Assembly (NCBI GenBank): GCA_038230375.1
Contig: JBBRNJ010000029.1
Location: 1 to 64,000 of the forward strand
Source of the DNA: Polyangiales bacterium
GTDB taxonomy: Bacteria; Myxococcota_A; Polyangia; Polyangiales; Polyangiaceae
Direction of reading: 5' to 3'
DNA: 64,000 nt
The notes under the pieces were generated by a model, which was not told the origin of the DNA, ran no database searches, and was given only the letters and a program-made list of their open reading frames with translations. The position numbers were made by a program, and so were the translations under genes. This document shows, one piece after another, positions 48,013 through 57,996 of the stretch (positions are counted from its first letter, which is position 1; each line of letters begins with the position of its first letter).

Positions 48013-48998
48013 GTTCCCAGCACCGAGACGGAGGCGTCCTTCTGGCCGATCTGCGGCCCGATCCGGAGCTGGCCTGTCCTGCTGCCAGGCGAAGGCGCGG
48101 TGAAGTACAGGACGCCTCCGCCCACGAGCGCGAGCGCGCCACCAATGAAGGCGACCGTGGAGACGGTGGCCGTGGTCCGCTCCGACGCCTTGTCCAGATC
48201 GAGCGAGCCTGACGGCGCCGTGCAGCTTCCGATGTTGCCTCCACATGCGGTCTGGATGTCGTTTCTCTTGTTCAGGGCAAGGACGCCAAACACCGCGCCG
48301 GTCGCGAGCCCCGCGACGCCCACGCCACCGAGGGTCAGGCCGAGCGCGCGCCGTGCGGATCCCACGGGCTCGCTCGGGGATGCGGCCAGTTCCAACCGTG
48401 GGGGGCAACCGTCAGGCTCCATCACCACCCGCGCCTGACCAGGTGCCTTCACGTCCGCCACGACCGTCGCCGACCAGTGACGCATCGGCGCCGTGGCTTC
48501 CAGTTGATGCGCGCCCGCCGTCGCCGTGAAGACGCCGCTGCGAAGATAGAACTTGTCCACCGCCTTGCCGTCGATGCGAAGCTCGAATGCAGCCTCGTCG
48601 ACGAGCGCGGTCGGCGCGCTCACGCGGAAGGTGGGTAAGGTCTTCTCGAGCGTTGACGCACGCGTCTCTATGGCGGCAACGCGGTCATCGCGATTCGTGG
48701 CCGCCAGGCTCGCAGCCTCCTTGAGGATGCGCCACGCGTTTTGCGGGTCCGTCGCCTCGAAGCATGCAGCTAGCGCCAGGCGTGCGCCCACCGACGACTC
48801 CGCCTCCAGGCTCTCGCGCAGCTTCGGAATGGCGGTATCGCAGTGACCGCTCTCCAGGAGCTTGCCGCCCTCGTCGAAGAGCGCGACGGCTCGCTCGTGA
48901 CTCGCGGTGTCTGCTTGTGCGTCGGTGCTGGAGAGCACGAACGTGAGCAGCGCAGAGGAGACCAAGGCTGCACGACCAACAGCGACGCGCATACGCAT
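48006..48998 (-). CDS. TPR + PEGA secreted/outer-membrane protein
   Basis: Signal AQA; ALFDEG..L....A..KL..S; G.H.LEA; C-terminal amphipathic end VSVLGTW. Confidence 0.8.
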   Translation of the reverse strand: MRMRVAVGRAALVSSALLTFVLSSTDAQADTASHERAVALFDEGGKLLESGHCDTAIPKLRESLEAESSVGARLALAACFEATDPQNAWRILKEAASLAATNRDDRVAAIETRASTLEKTLPTFRVSAPTALVDEAAFELRIDGKAVDKFYLRSGVFTATAGAHQLEATAPMRHWSATVVADVKAPGQARVVMEPDGCPPRLELAASPSEPVGSARRALGLTLGGVGVAGLATGAVFGVLALNKRNDIQTACGGNIGSCTAPSGSLDLDKASERTTATVSTVAFIGGALALVGGGVLYFTAPSPGSRTGQLRIGPQIGQKDASVSVLGTW

Positions 48999-49272
48999 GT
49001 GAAAGAGAACGTGACGCGGAAATGGACCCGCGCAACTTGAATGAAATCAACTACGTGTGCGCCCCCCGTGGTTTGCAGGCGCAGTAGAGAAATCAGATGG
49101 ACGAGTAAGCGCTCACTGATGTTGCGAGCGCGATTGTCCGCGCTACGAGCGTCTCTTCAAGGCGACACGCGCGACCCGCGCCCACGACGTTCTCGGCGGG
49201 TCCCGGCGTATACTGGCCCCAGATGCGCGGTCACGTCGCGCGGTCAGTCACACCTTGGGATCGGGAAACGAC

Positions 49273-51123
49273 ATGCTCTCCGTGAGAACGGTTGTCGCCA
49301 TCTCCATCTTCGCCCTTGCCGCTTCGTTTGCGGGCTGCAAGCGCGACGGCGCGCCCACGGAGAAGTCGGTGCCAGTGACCGGCGTGGTGGACGCAGGGAT
49401 CGTCACGCCTGCGGCCCCGCCGTTTCCTCGCGCCCAGCTGATGCCATCCGCCGCGAAGACGTCCGGACCGCTCGCCCGCGCGCAGTGGGCCTCTCGTGAG
49501 GTGCTCTTCCTTGCCGACGCGGATGACAAGGCCGTCGTGACGGTGGATGCAGCGTCGCTCGAGGTGCTCGGTCGTACACCCGTGCCGGGAGCGCCATCGT
49601 CTCTGACCGTGGCCTCGGGCTCGCTCTACGTGGCGCTGCGCGACGCATCTTCGGTGCTGGAGCTCCACGCGCACGCCACCAGCGTGGGCACGTTCCAGCG
49701 CGTACGCACCCTGGCAACCCGTGCGGAGCCGGTCGCGCTCGCAGCGACGGACGCGGAGCTCATCGTGGTCTCCGCGCTGGGTCATTCGCTGGAGAGGCTC
49801 TCGCTTGCATCGGGTGAGCCCACGAAGACGACGCAGCTGGCACGTGAGCCCCGCTCGTTGCTGATCCTTCCAGGCGGCGACGTGATCGTCGGCCACGCGA
49901 GCCGCGGACCGCTCAGCGTGGTGAAGGCCGATGGCACCGTCGACGCGATCGATCTCACGGAGCCGCACATCTGCACCAGCGCGATGGGCGACGAATGCAT
50001 GACCATCTCCGACATCGATGCGACGCAGCACTTCGCGCTCGGTGAGATCGACGGCCGAGTCGTGGTCCTCGGGTCGCTCTCCACCACCACGGGCTCTGGC
50101 TCCAGCTACGGCGGCGGCGGCGGGCGTGGTGGTGTGTTCCCGACCAACCTCGGCATCGACCTGGTCTCCGTGAGCGACAAGAAGATCATCAACGCAGCAG
50201 ACCGCCGGCGCTCCGGGCATTGCAGCCTGCCGCGCGCGATGGTCGTGGACCGCGAGCGCAAGGAGGTCGTCGTCGCGTGCATGGGTGATCAACATCTGTC
50301 GCGCTATGCGCTGGTGAAGATCGGCGCCGAATGGGTGGCGACGAACGAAGTGCAGTCCGTCCCCGTTCAAGGTGCGCCCGCGGGTATCGCGGTGGACGAC
50401 AAGACCGGAGACGTCGTCGCATGGGCCAGCGAGGCGCGCACGCTCACGCGCCACACGCGCGAAAAGGGCAAGCTCACCGCCGCAGGGACTGCACGCACGT
50501 TGGTGCTGGAAAAACCGCTCGATCCGACGTGGAAGCACGGGCGTGAGCTCTTTCACACTGCGGACGCGCGTATCTCCACGCTCGGATTCTCTTGCGCCCA
50601 TTGCCATCCGGACGGCCACGACGACGACGTGCTGTGGAGCACGCCGCGCGGGAAGCGGCGCCCCATGTCGCTGGTCGACCTTCCTGACGCGGGCCCGTAC
50701 GGGTGGGACTCGCAGAGCCCCACGCTGGAGCGCCATGTGAAGGACACGATCTCCATCCACCTCGCGGGTGCGGGCCTTCCGCAGCCGGAGATGGACGCGC
50801 TCCTCACGTACGTGCGCTCCCTCCACCGCACCGGAACGAAGCGGATCGGCGATGGCGAGAAGGCCTTCGAGAAGGCCGACTGCAGCAAGTGCCACGATCC
50901 GGCGCGCGGCTACGGCGACGGCACGCCACACCTGCTCGCGAAGGACCTGAACGTGCGCACCCCACGGCTCTTCGCGCTGGGCGGCAGGCGGGCGTACTTC
51001 CACGACGGCCGCTATGCATCGCTCGACGCGCTGCTGGACGACCGCTCGATCGCCATGGGCGAGGTGGCCACCCTCACGCCGGACGAGCGCAAAGCGCTGG
51101 TCGGCTTCCTGGAATCGCTCTGA
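49273..51123 (+). CDS. Lipoprotein beta-propeller / di-heme cytochrome c (bCcP/MauG-like)
   Basis: Lipobox FAGC; propeller blades; CAHCH and CSKCH; TPRL...YFHDGRY. Confidence 0.85.
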   Translation: MLSVRTVVAISIFALAASFAGCKRDGAPTEKSVPVTGVVDAGIVTPAAPPFPRAQLMPSAAKTSGPLARAQWASREVLFLADADDKAVVTVDAASLEVLGRTPVPGAPSSLTVASGSLYVALRDASSVLELHAHATSVGTFQRVRTLATRAEPVALAATDAELIVVSALGHSLERLSLASGEPTKTTQLAREPRSLLILPGGDVIVGHASRGPLSVVKADGTVDAIDLTEPHICTSAMGDECMTISDIDATQHFALGEIDGRVVVLGSLSTTTGSGSSYGGGGGRGGVFPTNLGIDLVSVSDKKIINAADRRRSGHCSLPRAMVVDRERKEVVVACMGDQHLSRYALVKIGAEWVATNEVQSVPVQGAPAGIAVDDKTGDVVAWASEARTLTRHTREKGKLTAAGTARTLVLEKPLDPTWKHGRELFHTADARISTLGFSCAHCHPDGHDDDVLWSTPRGKRRPMSLVDLPDAGPYGWDSQSPTLERHVKDTISIHLAGAGLPQPEMDALLTYVRSLHRTGTKRIGDGEKAFEKADCSKCHDPARGYGDGTPHLLAKDLNVRTPRLFALGGRRAYFHDGRYASLDALLDDRSIAMGEVATLTPDERKALVGFLESL

Positions 51124-51159
51124 CGTCGACGTGGAGTGAGCGCGCGCTAGCATGGGTGC

Positions 51160-51816
51160 ATGCTCGAACGCCGAACGCCTCCAGGATCGCGGCGCTCCCC
51201 GTGGTGGCTCGCCGTGCTCGTATGCGCATGCGGAGGCGCGAGCCCACCCGCTGCTTCGTCGAGCGCACCGCCTCCATCCACCGTGGTCGTGCCGATCGTA
51301 CAGCCACCCCCGCGCGCGAAGGATGACGAGTCCGACGCATGGGGGCCCAGCGGTCGAAACGGCAGCGCACCTGCAAGGCCGGCGGTCGAGTGCCCCGCTG
51401 GCTCGCGGTACAATGGGGGGGTCTGCGTGGTGGCGGAGGTCAGCTGCCCCGCCGGCTCCCATCGCATGCAGAATGCATGCATTGGCGACGTGACTTGCCC
51501 CTCCGGGAGCGTGTGGGACGGTGACACCTGCCGCCCCAGCGCGGCTTCCGCATCGAATGGAGGTGGCACACCGGGCAGCATCGCGGTCGCGCCGGGCGGG
51601 TGCTTCCTGAACATCAACTCGATCCCAGCGAGCCAGACCTTCGTCGATGGCGTCGCGCTGGGCTGGACGCCCCGCATGCGAGCCCCTGTGAGCGTTGGCT
51701 CGCACACCGTCATGTTCGTGACCGACCAGGCGAAGAAGACGATGAGTGTCAGCTGCACCGCCGGCGAGACCAAGGCAGTTCTCACCAAATTCCAGCAGGC
51801 CGATCCGGGCTACTGA
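51160..51816 (+). CDS. Cys-rich lipoprotein with C-terminal PEGA domain
   Basis: VCAC lipobox; CPAG repeats; LNINSIP....VDG..G.TP.....G.H.V. Confidence 0.8.
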   Translation: MLERRTPPGSRRSPWWLAVLVCACGGASPPAASSSAPPPSTVVVPIVQPPPRAKDDESDAWGPSGRNGSAPARPAVECPAGSRYNGGVCVVAEVSCPAGSHRMQNACIGDVTCPSGSVWDGDTCRPSAASASNGGGTPGSIAVAPGGCFLNINSIPASQTFVDGVALGWTPRMRAPVSVGSHTVMFVTDQAKKTMSVSCTAGETKAVLTKFQQADPGY

Positions 51817-51874
51817 GTGGCATGTCGCGTGGTGACGGCAGGACGCCGGGAAAGCTGTGGTGTACCCTGAGGTG

Positions 51875-52708
51875 ATGCGCAGGCGCGTTCTTGCATGCGT
51901 CGTTGTTGGGGTCATGAGCTTCGGTGTGGCGGTCGCATGCGGATCGTTCTCCGGTTCCGACGCGACGACACCGATCGACGAAGCAGGCGCAGTGGATGGA
52001 GCAGATGGCGGCGGAGAGGCGAGCGCGAAGGGCGCCTTCTGTGCCACGGCCGACGCGACGTTCTGTGACGACTTCGATGAATTCGCGCTTGGCGTCGGCT
52101 GGAACTCGCTCCAGACCACGGATGGCTCGTTCCTCGCGCTTGACGACGCGACCGCCACTTCGCCGGCGCGCTCGCTGGTGGCGGACAACACCATGGGCTC
52201 GACGGTGACGCCGTTCAACATCGCCCAGCTGTCGAAGGGCGTTGGGCCACCGCCGAAGCAGCTGCGATGTGAGTTCGACGTCCGCACGACCAGCGGTAAG
52301 GGTCATGCCATTCTCTGGACGTTGAACGGCTACGGGAAGGCTGGAGACGGCTCCACCACCTACTTCAACGTGTACCTCGAATACGAGATGACGGCGCTGT
52401 CGGTTGCAAGCGCCTGGGCGAGCATGGGCACACAAGGCAACGTGGTGACGAACCTGCCGATCGCTGACCTCAGCGAATGGAGTCGGCTGCGGATCGACAT
52501 CACCCTCGACCCCGCTGGGTGCTTCGGCGAGACGCAGGTGTCGGCGATCAGCGGCCCCATGGCAACAAGGCTCGGCACAGCGCCGGTCCATACGGGCCCG
52601 GACGCGGGTTGTTCGCCGCCGACCGAAACGCAGATCGTCCTTGGGATCTCGAACGAACCTGGCTGGCGCGTGCACTACGACAACCTCGCGTGCACGTGGT
52701 CGAACTAG
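51875..52708 (+). CDS. Lipoprotein with FCDDFD / ConA-like domain
   Basis: AVAC; DGG linker; FCDDFDE; TSPARSL; W..L.I; YDNL. Confidence 0.8.
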   Translation: MRRRVLACVVVGVMSFGVAVACGSFSGSDATTPIDEAGAVDGADGGGEASAKGAFCATADATFCDDFDEFALGVGWNSLQTTDGSFLALDDATATSPARSLVADNTMGSTVTPFNIAQLSKGVGPPPKQLRCEFDVRTTSGKGHAILWTLNGYGKAGDGSTTYFNVYLEYEMTALSVASAWASMGTQGNVVTNLPIADLSEWSRLRIDITLDPAGCFGETQVSAISGPMATRLGTAPVHTGPDAGCSPPTETQIVLGISNEPGWRVHYDNLACTWSN

Positions 52709-52723
52709 GCCTATACTCTCGGC

Positions 52724-53641
52724 GTGCCCAGACTCGACAAACAGCAGGCAGTTCGCGCAAAGATTCGCGTTCTTCTCTTCGCGGTCGCCGCGGCGTCCTT
52801 GGCCGTCGCGGCCGCGTGTGGTTCTTCGTCCTCAGGTGACGGCGGCTCTTCGCCTGGTGACGGCGGGCCTGGGGGCAGCAACGTGGATGGAACCGGCGGC
52901 GGCGGGGGCAACACGGACGGCGCCACGCAGGGCTCCAGCGACGGTGGGAGCGCCGGGAAAGACGGCGGCACCAGCGGTGGAGATGGCGGCCCTTTCTGCT
53001 CGAGCCTGTCTCCGAAGCCAACCTTCTGTGCCGACTTCGATCAGGGCATGACGCAGGGCGGTTTCGACAGCATCGCGCAGGTACCCGCCGGGGCGGGGGC
53101 GCTCGCGCTCGACACGAGCGGACCACTCTCGGCGCCCGCGGCCCTTCTCGTCTCGATCACCGCGGGCCTTGCTGACACGAGCATGGGCCGCGTGGCGTTG
53201 CTCAACAAAGCCTTCGTACCGATACCGGCAACCAGCGTGCGCCTCACCTACGGCGTGCGGGTCTCCGCGGTTGATCCCACTGGCGGCGCGCAGCTCTCGG
53301 AGGTCGAGCTGGGCAAGGCCGCGATCGTGGTCTACGTGACGCCCACGAAGGCGTTCGCGCAGGAGCGCGTGCCGACAGACGCCGGCGGCGCCACGTACCT
53401 TTCGTATCCGCTCTCCGTCGTGCCCGCCGCAGGTGCATGGACCAACGTGGACGTGCTCGTCGATCTGTCGGCGCGTCACTACACGATCAAGATCGGCGGC
53501 GCGCTCGCGATCGATCGCCCGCTCGCGAGCACGGTGGTCGCTGGCAAGGTCGGGGTGGCGCTGGGACTCGCGTACTACTCGGGCTCGAGCGTCGTCGCGA
53601 GCTCGGCCGACTTCGACAACGTGACGCTCGACATGAAGTAG
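52724..53641 (+). CDS. Lipoprotein with FCADFD / ConA-like domain
   Basis: AAAC; DGG linker; FCADFDQ; SAPAAL; WTNVDV; FDNV. Confidence 0.8.
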   Translation: MPRLDKQQAVRAKIRVLLFAVAAASLAVAAACGSSSSGDGGSSPGDGGPGGSNVDGTGGGGGNTDGATQGSSDGGSAGKDGGTSGGDGGPFCSSLSPKPTFCADFDQGMTQGGFDSIAQVPAGAGALALDTSGPLSAPAALLVSITAGLADTSMGRVALLNKAFVPIPATSVRLTYGVRVSAVDPTGGAQLSEVELGKAAIVVYVTPTKAFAQERVPTDAGGATYLSYPLSVVPAAGAWTNVDVLVDLSARHYTIKIGGALAIDRPLASTVVAGKVGVALGLAYYSGSSVVASSADFDNVTLDMK

Positions 53642-53943
53642 CAGCAGCGTGGGTACCTGGTAGATCCCGAGGAAACGCGGAGATCATGCAGGGAATTTTT
53701 GAGCAGGTGTGAGAGAAAAGCACTTGCTCCCACACTGTCTCCTTGATAGTGGACCGCCTCGCGTGGCGACTGGTTCGCTGGTCGCGCGAAAGGTGTCCGA
53801 GGCGCATCGCTACCAAGCGTCGTCGCGGAGGCCCCCATCAACGTTGGCTCCCATGTCGGAGCGACGTAGTGATCGCTGCGCCCAGGCGCACAAGATCCGA
53901 TGGCCTCTACGACTGGAGAACGAACAAGAACCGAGACCACGCC

Positions 53944-54396
53944 ATGTTCAAGAACAGCTTCTGCCTTGCGGGAATCGCCGCGTTGACCCTCACCATGGGC
54001 GCGTGCGCCGCACAGACCGATGACGCGCAGGACGACACCAGCGCGCAAGAGGAGCTCTCTTCGAAGGCAGCGCACTTCGAGACCTTCGAAGGCGCGAGCG
54101 GCCTGTACTACTTTCGCCTCCGCGCGAGCAACAGCCAGATCGAGCTGACCTCGGACGGCTACGGCGCCTCGAGCAGCGTGACCGCGACCATCGCTGACGC
54201 GCAATCAAGCGGGCGTTCCGTGGCGAACTACGAAATTCATCAGGCGTCCAACGGCCAGTACGCCGTGAACCTGCTGAGCTGGAACGGCACCCACCTCGCC
54301 AAGGGTGAGCTCTACGCCAGCAAGTCGAGCGCCACCCGCGCCGTGAACACCATGGCCACCGCGCTGAGCCACAAGGTCACCGTCATCGCGAAGTAG
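53944..54396 (+). CDS. YegP/DUF1508 tandem-domain lipoprotein
   Basis: MGAC lipobox; YYFRLRASN.QI..SDGY and Y..NL...NG..LA.GELY.SKS. Confidence 0.85.
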   Translation: MFKNSFCLAGIAALTLTMGACAAQTDDAQDDTSAQEELSSKAAHFETFEGASGLYYFRLRASNSQIELTSDGYGASSSVTATIADAQSSGRSVANYEIHQASNGQYAVNLLSWNGTHLAKGELYASKSSATRAVNTMATALSHKVTVIAK

Positions 54397-54410
54397 TACA
54401 CTCGGGGTCG

Positions 54411-55154
54411 ATGCTTTTCGAAGAGTCGACCATCGAGCTTGCGACACCGACGGGAGCGATGCGGACGTACGTGTATCGTCCGCTCGCTTCCGGAGCCACC
54501 GCGGGGCGGTATCCGGGGCTCGTCTTCTATTCGGAGATCTTCCAGCGAACGGGCCCGATCCATCGCACGGCGGCGATCATGGCGGGCCACGGATTCGTCG
54601 TTTGCGTGCCGGAGATCTTCCACGAGCTCCTGCCGATCGGGACAGTACTGCCCTACGACAAGAGCGGCACCGACGCCGGAAACGCGCACAAGATCGGCAA
54701 GAGCACGGACGCTTACGACGCCGACTCGCGCGCCGTCATCGACCATCTGCTGTCGCGCGACGACGCCAGCGGCGCTGTTCATGCCATGGGGGTCTGCATT
54801 GGCGGACACCTCGCCTATCGGTGCGCGCTCGACCCGCGCGTCCGCAGCACGGCATGCTTCTACGCGACGGATCTCCACAAGGGCTCGCTCGGCAAGGGCG
54901 GTGATGACTCGCTCGCGCGCGCTTCTGACATTCGCGGCGAGCTCATGATGGTGTGGGGCAGACAGGATCCCCACGTCGACGACGAAGGCCGCGCGAAGAT
55001 CCTCGCGCGCCTGACGGAGAAGAAGGTGCGCTTCACCTGGCACGAATGGAACGCCCAGCACGCGTTCATGCGGGACGAAGGGCCGCGCTATGATCCGGCG
55101 CTCGCGCTCACCTCGGTTCGAATGGCGGTCGACCTTTTCTTGCGCCCAACATGA
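54411..55154 (+). CDS. Dienelactone hydrolase family protein
   Basis: YSEIFQ, GVCIGG, QDPH, HAFMRDEG.RYD. Confidence 0.93.
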   Translation: MLFEESTIELATPTGAMRTYVYRPLASGATAGRYPGLVFYSEIFQRTGPIHRTAAIMAGHGFVVCVPEIFHELLPIGTVLPYDKSGTDAGNAHKIGKSTDAYDADSRAVIDHLLSRDDASGAVHAMGVCIGGHLAYRCALDPRVRSTACFYATDLHKGSLGKGGDDSLARASDIRGELMMVWGRQDPHVDDEGRAKILARLTEKKVRFTWHEWNAQHAFMRDEGPRYDPALALTSVRMAVDLFLRPT

Positions 55155-56716
55155 CCCTCACCAAGAGCCCTCAGACGCCCGCACTGCGCTTCGACGTGGA
55201 CCTCCACCAGCTCCCCGTCGCGGCGGTAGCCACGCATGACGGCGCGATCTGCGCGGTGAACGATGTGTTCGAGTCGCTCACCGGATGGAAGGCGAGCGAC
55301 CTTGTCGGCAAGTCGGTGCCTGGGCTGCTCGACAAGCTGATCGCCCCCGCCGACCGCGAGGTGCTCTTCCATCTCACGAAGAATCGCGAGTCCGCGGAGC
55401 CGCAGCGCGCGGGACGTTTGTGGTGCCGCATCCTGACCACCAGCGGTGAGGAGCGGCCCATGCGCGTGGAGTGGCGTCTTGCGGACAACAACCGCGACTC
55501 GCTGGTCACGTTGATCGACGCGCACCCCGAGGCGCTGGGCCAGGACGTGACCTCCGCGCTGGCCCGTGCGGCCGGAGCGCTCTCCCGCTGCGCGACGGAG
55601 CAAGAGGTGCTCGAGCAAGCCGTGGAGACGCTGAGTGCGCGCGGGTTCACGGCGACCGTGCTGCTCATGGACGAGGACGATCCGTGGCTTCGCTATGGCC
55701 CGAGCGCCACGCCGAACCGCCCGGCGGGCCGCCCGGTGGACCTGCCAAGACCGCCGAAGGACATCCTCACACGGCTCAATCCGTCGTTCATGAAGCGACA
55801 GGCGGCGTTCTTCCAGGACGGGATCCGACTCGTGCGAGAGGTATTTCCAGAGCCGGTCGCGGAGCGGCTGCTTCCTCTGCTGCCCGCGCAGAACATGGTG
55901 CAGGCGCCGCTGTTCGTGGACAACCTTCCCTACGGCGCGCTGGTGGTGACCAGTGACGCGCTCAATCCTCTGGTCGCGACCGCGCTGGATCTGTTCGCGG
56001 AGCTCGTGGGCAAGGCGGTCGAGAACATCCGTCTGCGGAAGGAGCGCGTGGAGCGAGAGCGCCTCGCCGCGCTGGGTGAGGCCGCAGGCCTGATGGCGCA
56101 CGAGGTTCGCAACCCCGTCGGGTCGATCATGAACGCGCTGGTCCTGCTGAAGCGCGAGGGACACTCGTCGCCGGGCGCGCAGACATTGCTTTCGATCATC
56201 GCGGAGGAGAGCGCGCGCCTCGAGCACGTGGTCACGCAGCTGCTAGATCTGGGCCGCCCGCTGACGCCGCGTCCGCGCAACTTTGCTCTCGAGGAGCTCT
56301 CGGAGCGGGCGACGCGCGTGCTCTTGACCCGTGGCGAGCTCGCGGGCCGCACGATCGAGATGTCGGCAACGCAGGGCACCATGGCGTGGATCGATCCAGA
56401 CCTGCTGGAGCTGGCGCTCGTCAACGTGCTGCGCAATGCCGTGCAATCGACCAGGTCGGAGGAGCGCATCCGCATCTGGATCGTGAGCACTGACACGGTC
56501 GTTCGTTGGGCCGTCGAGGACGAAGGCCCCGGCATCCCGGAAGAGGTCGCGAAGCGGTTGGGTCAACCGTTCGTGACGACGCGCGCGACGGGGACAGGCA
56601 TGGGCCTCGCGGTGGTGCGCCGCATCATGGAGGCGAGCAACGGCCAGCTCACCGTGGAGCGTGGGGCGCTCGGTGGTGCGCAGGTCACCCTGGAGCTTCC
56701 GCGCAGCAGGGAGTGA
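55151..56716 (+). CDS. PAS/GAF sensor histidine kinase
   Basis: PAS VNDVF..LTGW; MAHEVRNP; NVLRNA; DEGPG; GTGMGL; ATGA coupling with the upstream gene. Confidence 0.95.
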   Translation: MTLTKSPQTPALRFDVDLHQLPVAAVATHDGAICAVNDVFESLTGWKASDLVGKSVPGLLDKLIAPADREVLFHLTKNRESAEPQRAGRLWCRILTTSGEERPMRVEWRLADNNRDSLVTLIDAHPEALGQDVTSALARAAGALSRCATEQEVLEQAVETLSARGFTATVLLMDEDDPWLRYGPSATPNRPAGRPVDLPRPPKDILTRLNPSFMKRQAAFFQDGIRLVREVFPEPVAERLLPLLPAQNMVQAPLFVDNLPYGALVVTSDALNPLVATALDLFAELVGKAVENIRLRKERVERERLAALGEAAGLMAHEVRNPVGSIMNALVLLKREGHSSPGAQTLLSIIAEESARLEHVVTQLLDLGRPLTPRPRNFALEELSERATRVLLTRGELAGRTIEMSATQGTMAWIDPDLLELALVNVLRNAVQSTRSEERIRIWIVSTDTVVRWAVEDEGPGIPEEVAKRLGQPFVTTRATGTGMGLAVVRRIMEASNGQLTVERGALGGAQVTLELPRSRE

Positions 56717-56718
56717 GC

Positions 56719-57984
56719 ATGGGACTTCTCGACGACATCTTCGCGGAGCTCGGCGCTCGTCCGAAGACGGAAGGGCCGATGGGCAATGATCACCCGGTGA
56801 TACGGCTCTCGAACGCGCTCCTCCTCCGGATGCAGCCCGAGAACGCGACGCACCTCCGCGTCGTGAGCGGCCCCGAGCCGCAGATGGACTTTCGCTCGAA
56901 TGGCACGTGGGGCCATGGCCCGAGCCCGAACGGCACGCGGCCGGGAAGCAAGTCGCGCCTGTGCGCGGCCGTCGTTGCTCGGCTCGCCGAGATGGGCGGG
57001 GTCGACACGCGTGCGCCGTTCGCGTTCGGCAACATGTACCTCGTGCTCGGCCCACCGGAACAGCCGCCGCCTCGGCGAGGGCTGGAGCTGAATCTCTTCC
57101 ACGCACAGATCGAGGGCGGCTCCGCGCTCGTCGTTCTGCCCGTGACAGGGGGCACGCTGCCAGAGAGCGAGCATGAGCAAGCAACGCGCGACGAGATCGG
57201 CGACGTGGTGCGGAACGGCCACCAGCTGAGGGGGACGGGACGGTGCGCCGAGTCAAAAAGCACGTTCGAACGCGCCCTGGCGATGGCCGAACAGGAGCCC
57301 TCCACATCGCCCATGTACAAGGCGCAGATCGTGGACGGGATCGCGCGCGCCCTCGAGGCGCTGGGAGAGCTTGATGCGGCGGTGGCGGCGTGGCTGCGTG
57401 CGATCGCCATTGCGGACGCTGCGACTTGTCCCGAGAACGTGGTCAGCGTGTTTTCACGCACGGAGCTCGCGCGGCTGGAGCTCGATCGCAACGACCCGAG
57501 CGCTGCGCAGATCCATGTGGATCATGCACGGAAGATCATGAGGGCGCTGTTCGGCGAGCGGTGCGGTTACATGGAGGCAGATTTCCAGCACGCGCGGGTC
57601 GAGCGGCTGCGCGGCGAGCACGGCGCACGGCGGTCGCTCGAGGACGTGCGGGCGCTGTCTGCGAAGTTCAAGGACGTCGTCACGGAGGCGAGCGCGGCCT
57701 ACGAGCTTGGCCTGGAAGCCAGCGAGCACGGCGACCTCCCGCGCGCCGCCGCGTGCATGCGCGATGCGCTCGCGAAGCTCGTGGCTCCGCAGCCGTTCAC
57801 GGCCGACATCGAGCTCGCACTGGCTCGCGTACTTCGCGCGCAGGGTCGTGATCCGGAGGCGCTGTCTCTGGTCCAACACGCAAATGAGATCATGTCGGCG
57901 CATCGCGGTCCCGAGCATCCAGAGCGCGTGAAGGCGGAGATCGAGCTCGCTCGATTCGAGAAGCCGGGCAGGCCGTACCGCTGA
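56719..57984 (+). CDS. PilB/GspE-N2-like domain fused to TPR repeats
   Basis: DHPVIRLSNALL..ATHLRV..FRSNG..VVARLAEMGGVD; Ala/Leu/Glu TPRs ending GPEHP; no Walker A motif. Confidence 0.7.
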   Translation: MGLLDDIFAELGARPKTEGPMGNDHPVIRLSNALLLRMQPENATHLRVVSGPEPQMDFRSNGTWGHGPSPNGTRPGSKSRLCAAVVARLAEMGGVDTRAPFAFGNMYLVLGPPEQPPPRRGLELNLFHAQIEGGSALVVLPVTGGTLPESEHEQATRDEIGDVVRNGHQLRGTGRCAESKSTFERALAMAEQEPSTSPMYKAQIVDGIARALEALGELDAAVAAWLRAIAIADAATCPENVVSVFSRTELARLELDRNDPSAAQIHVDHARKIMRALFGERCGYMEADFQHARVERLRGEHGARRSLEDVRALSAKFKDVVTEASAAYELGLEASEHGDLPRAAACMRDALAKLVAPQPFTADIELALARVLRAQGRDPEALSLVQHANEIMSAHRGPEHPERVKAEIELARFEKPGRPYR

Positions 57985-57996
57985 TCGCCTGGTAGC

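Noticed and set aside
49231..52287. 1018-aa minus-strand ORF
   Set aside because: Shadow across three well-supported plus-strand genes, as expected in high-GC DNA.
53696..53729. Rho-independent terminator
   Set aside because: The T-run precedes the hairpin on the plus strand, so neither strand has a U-tail after the stem.
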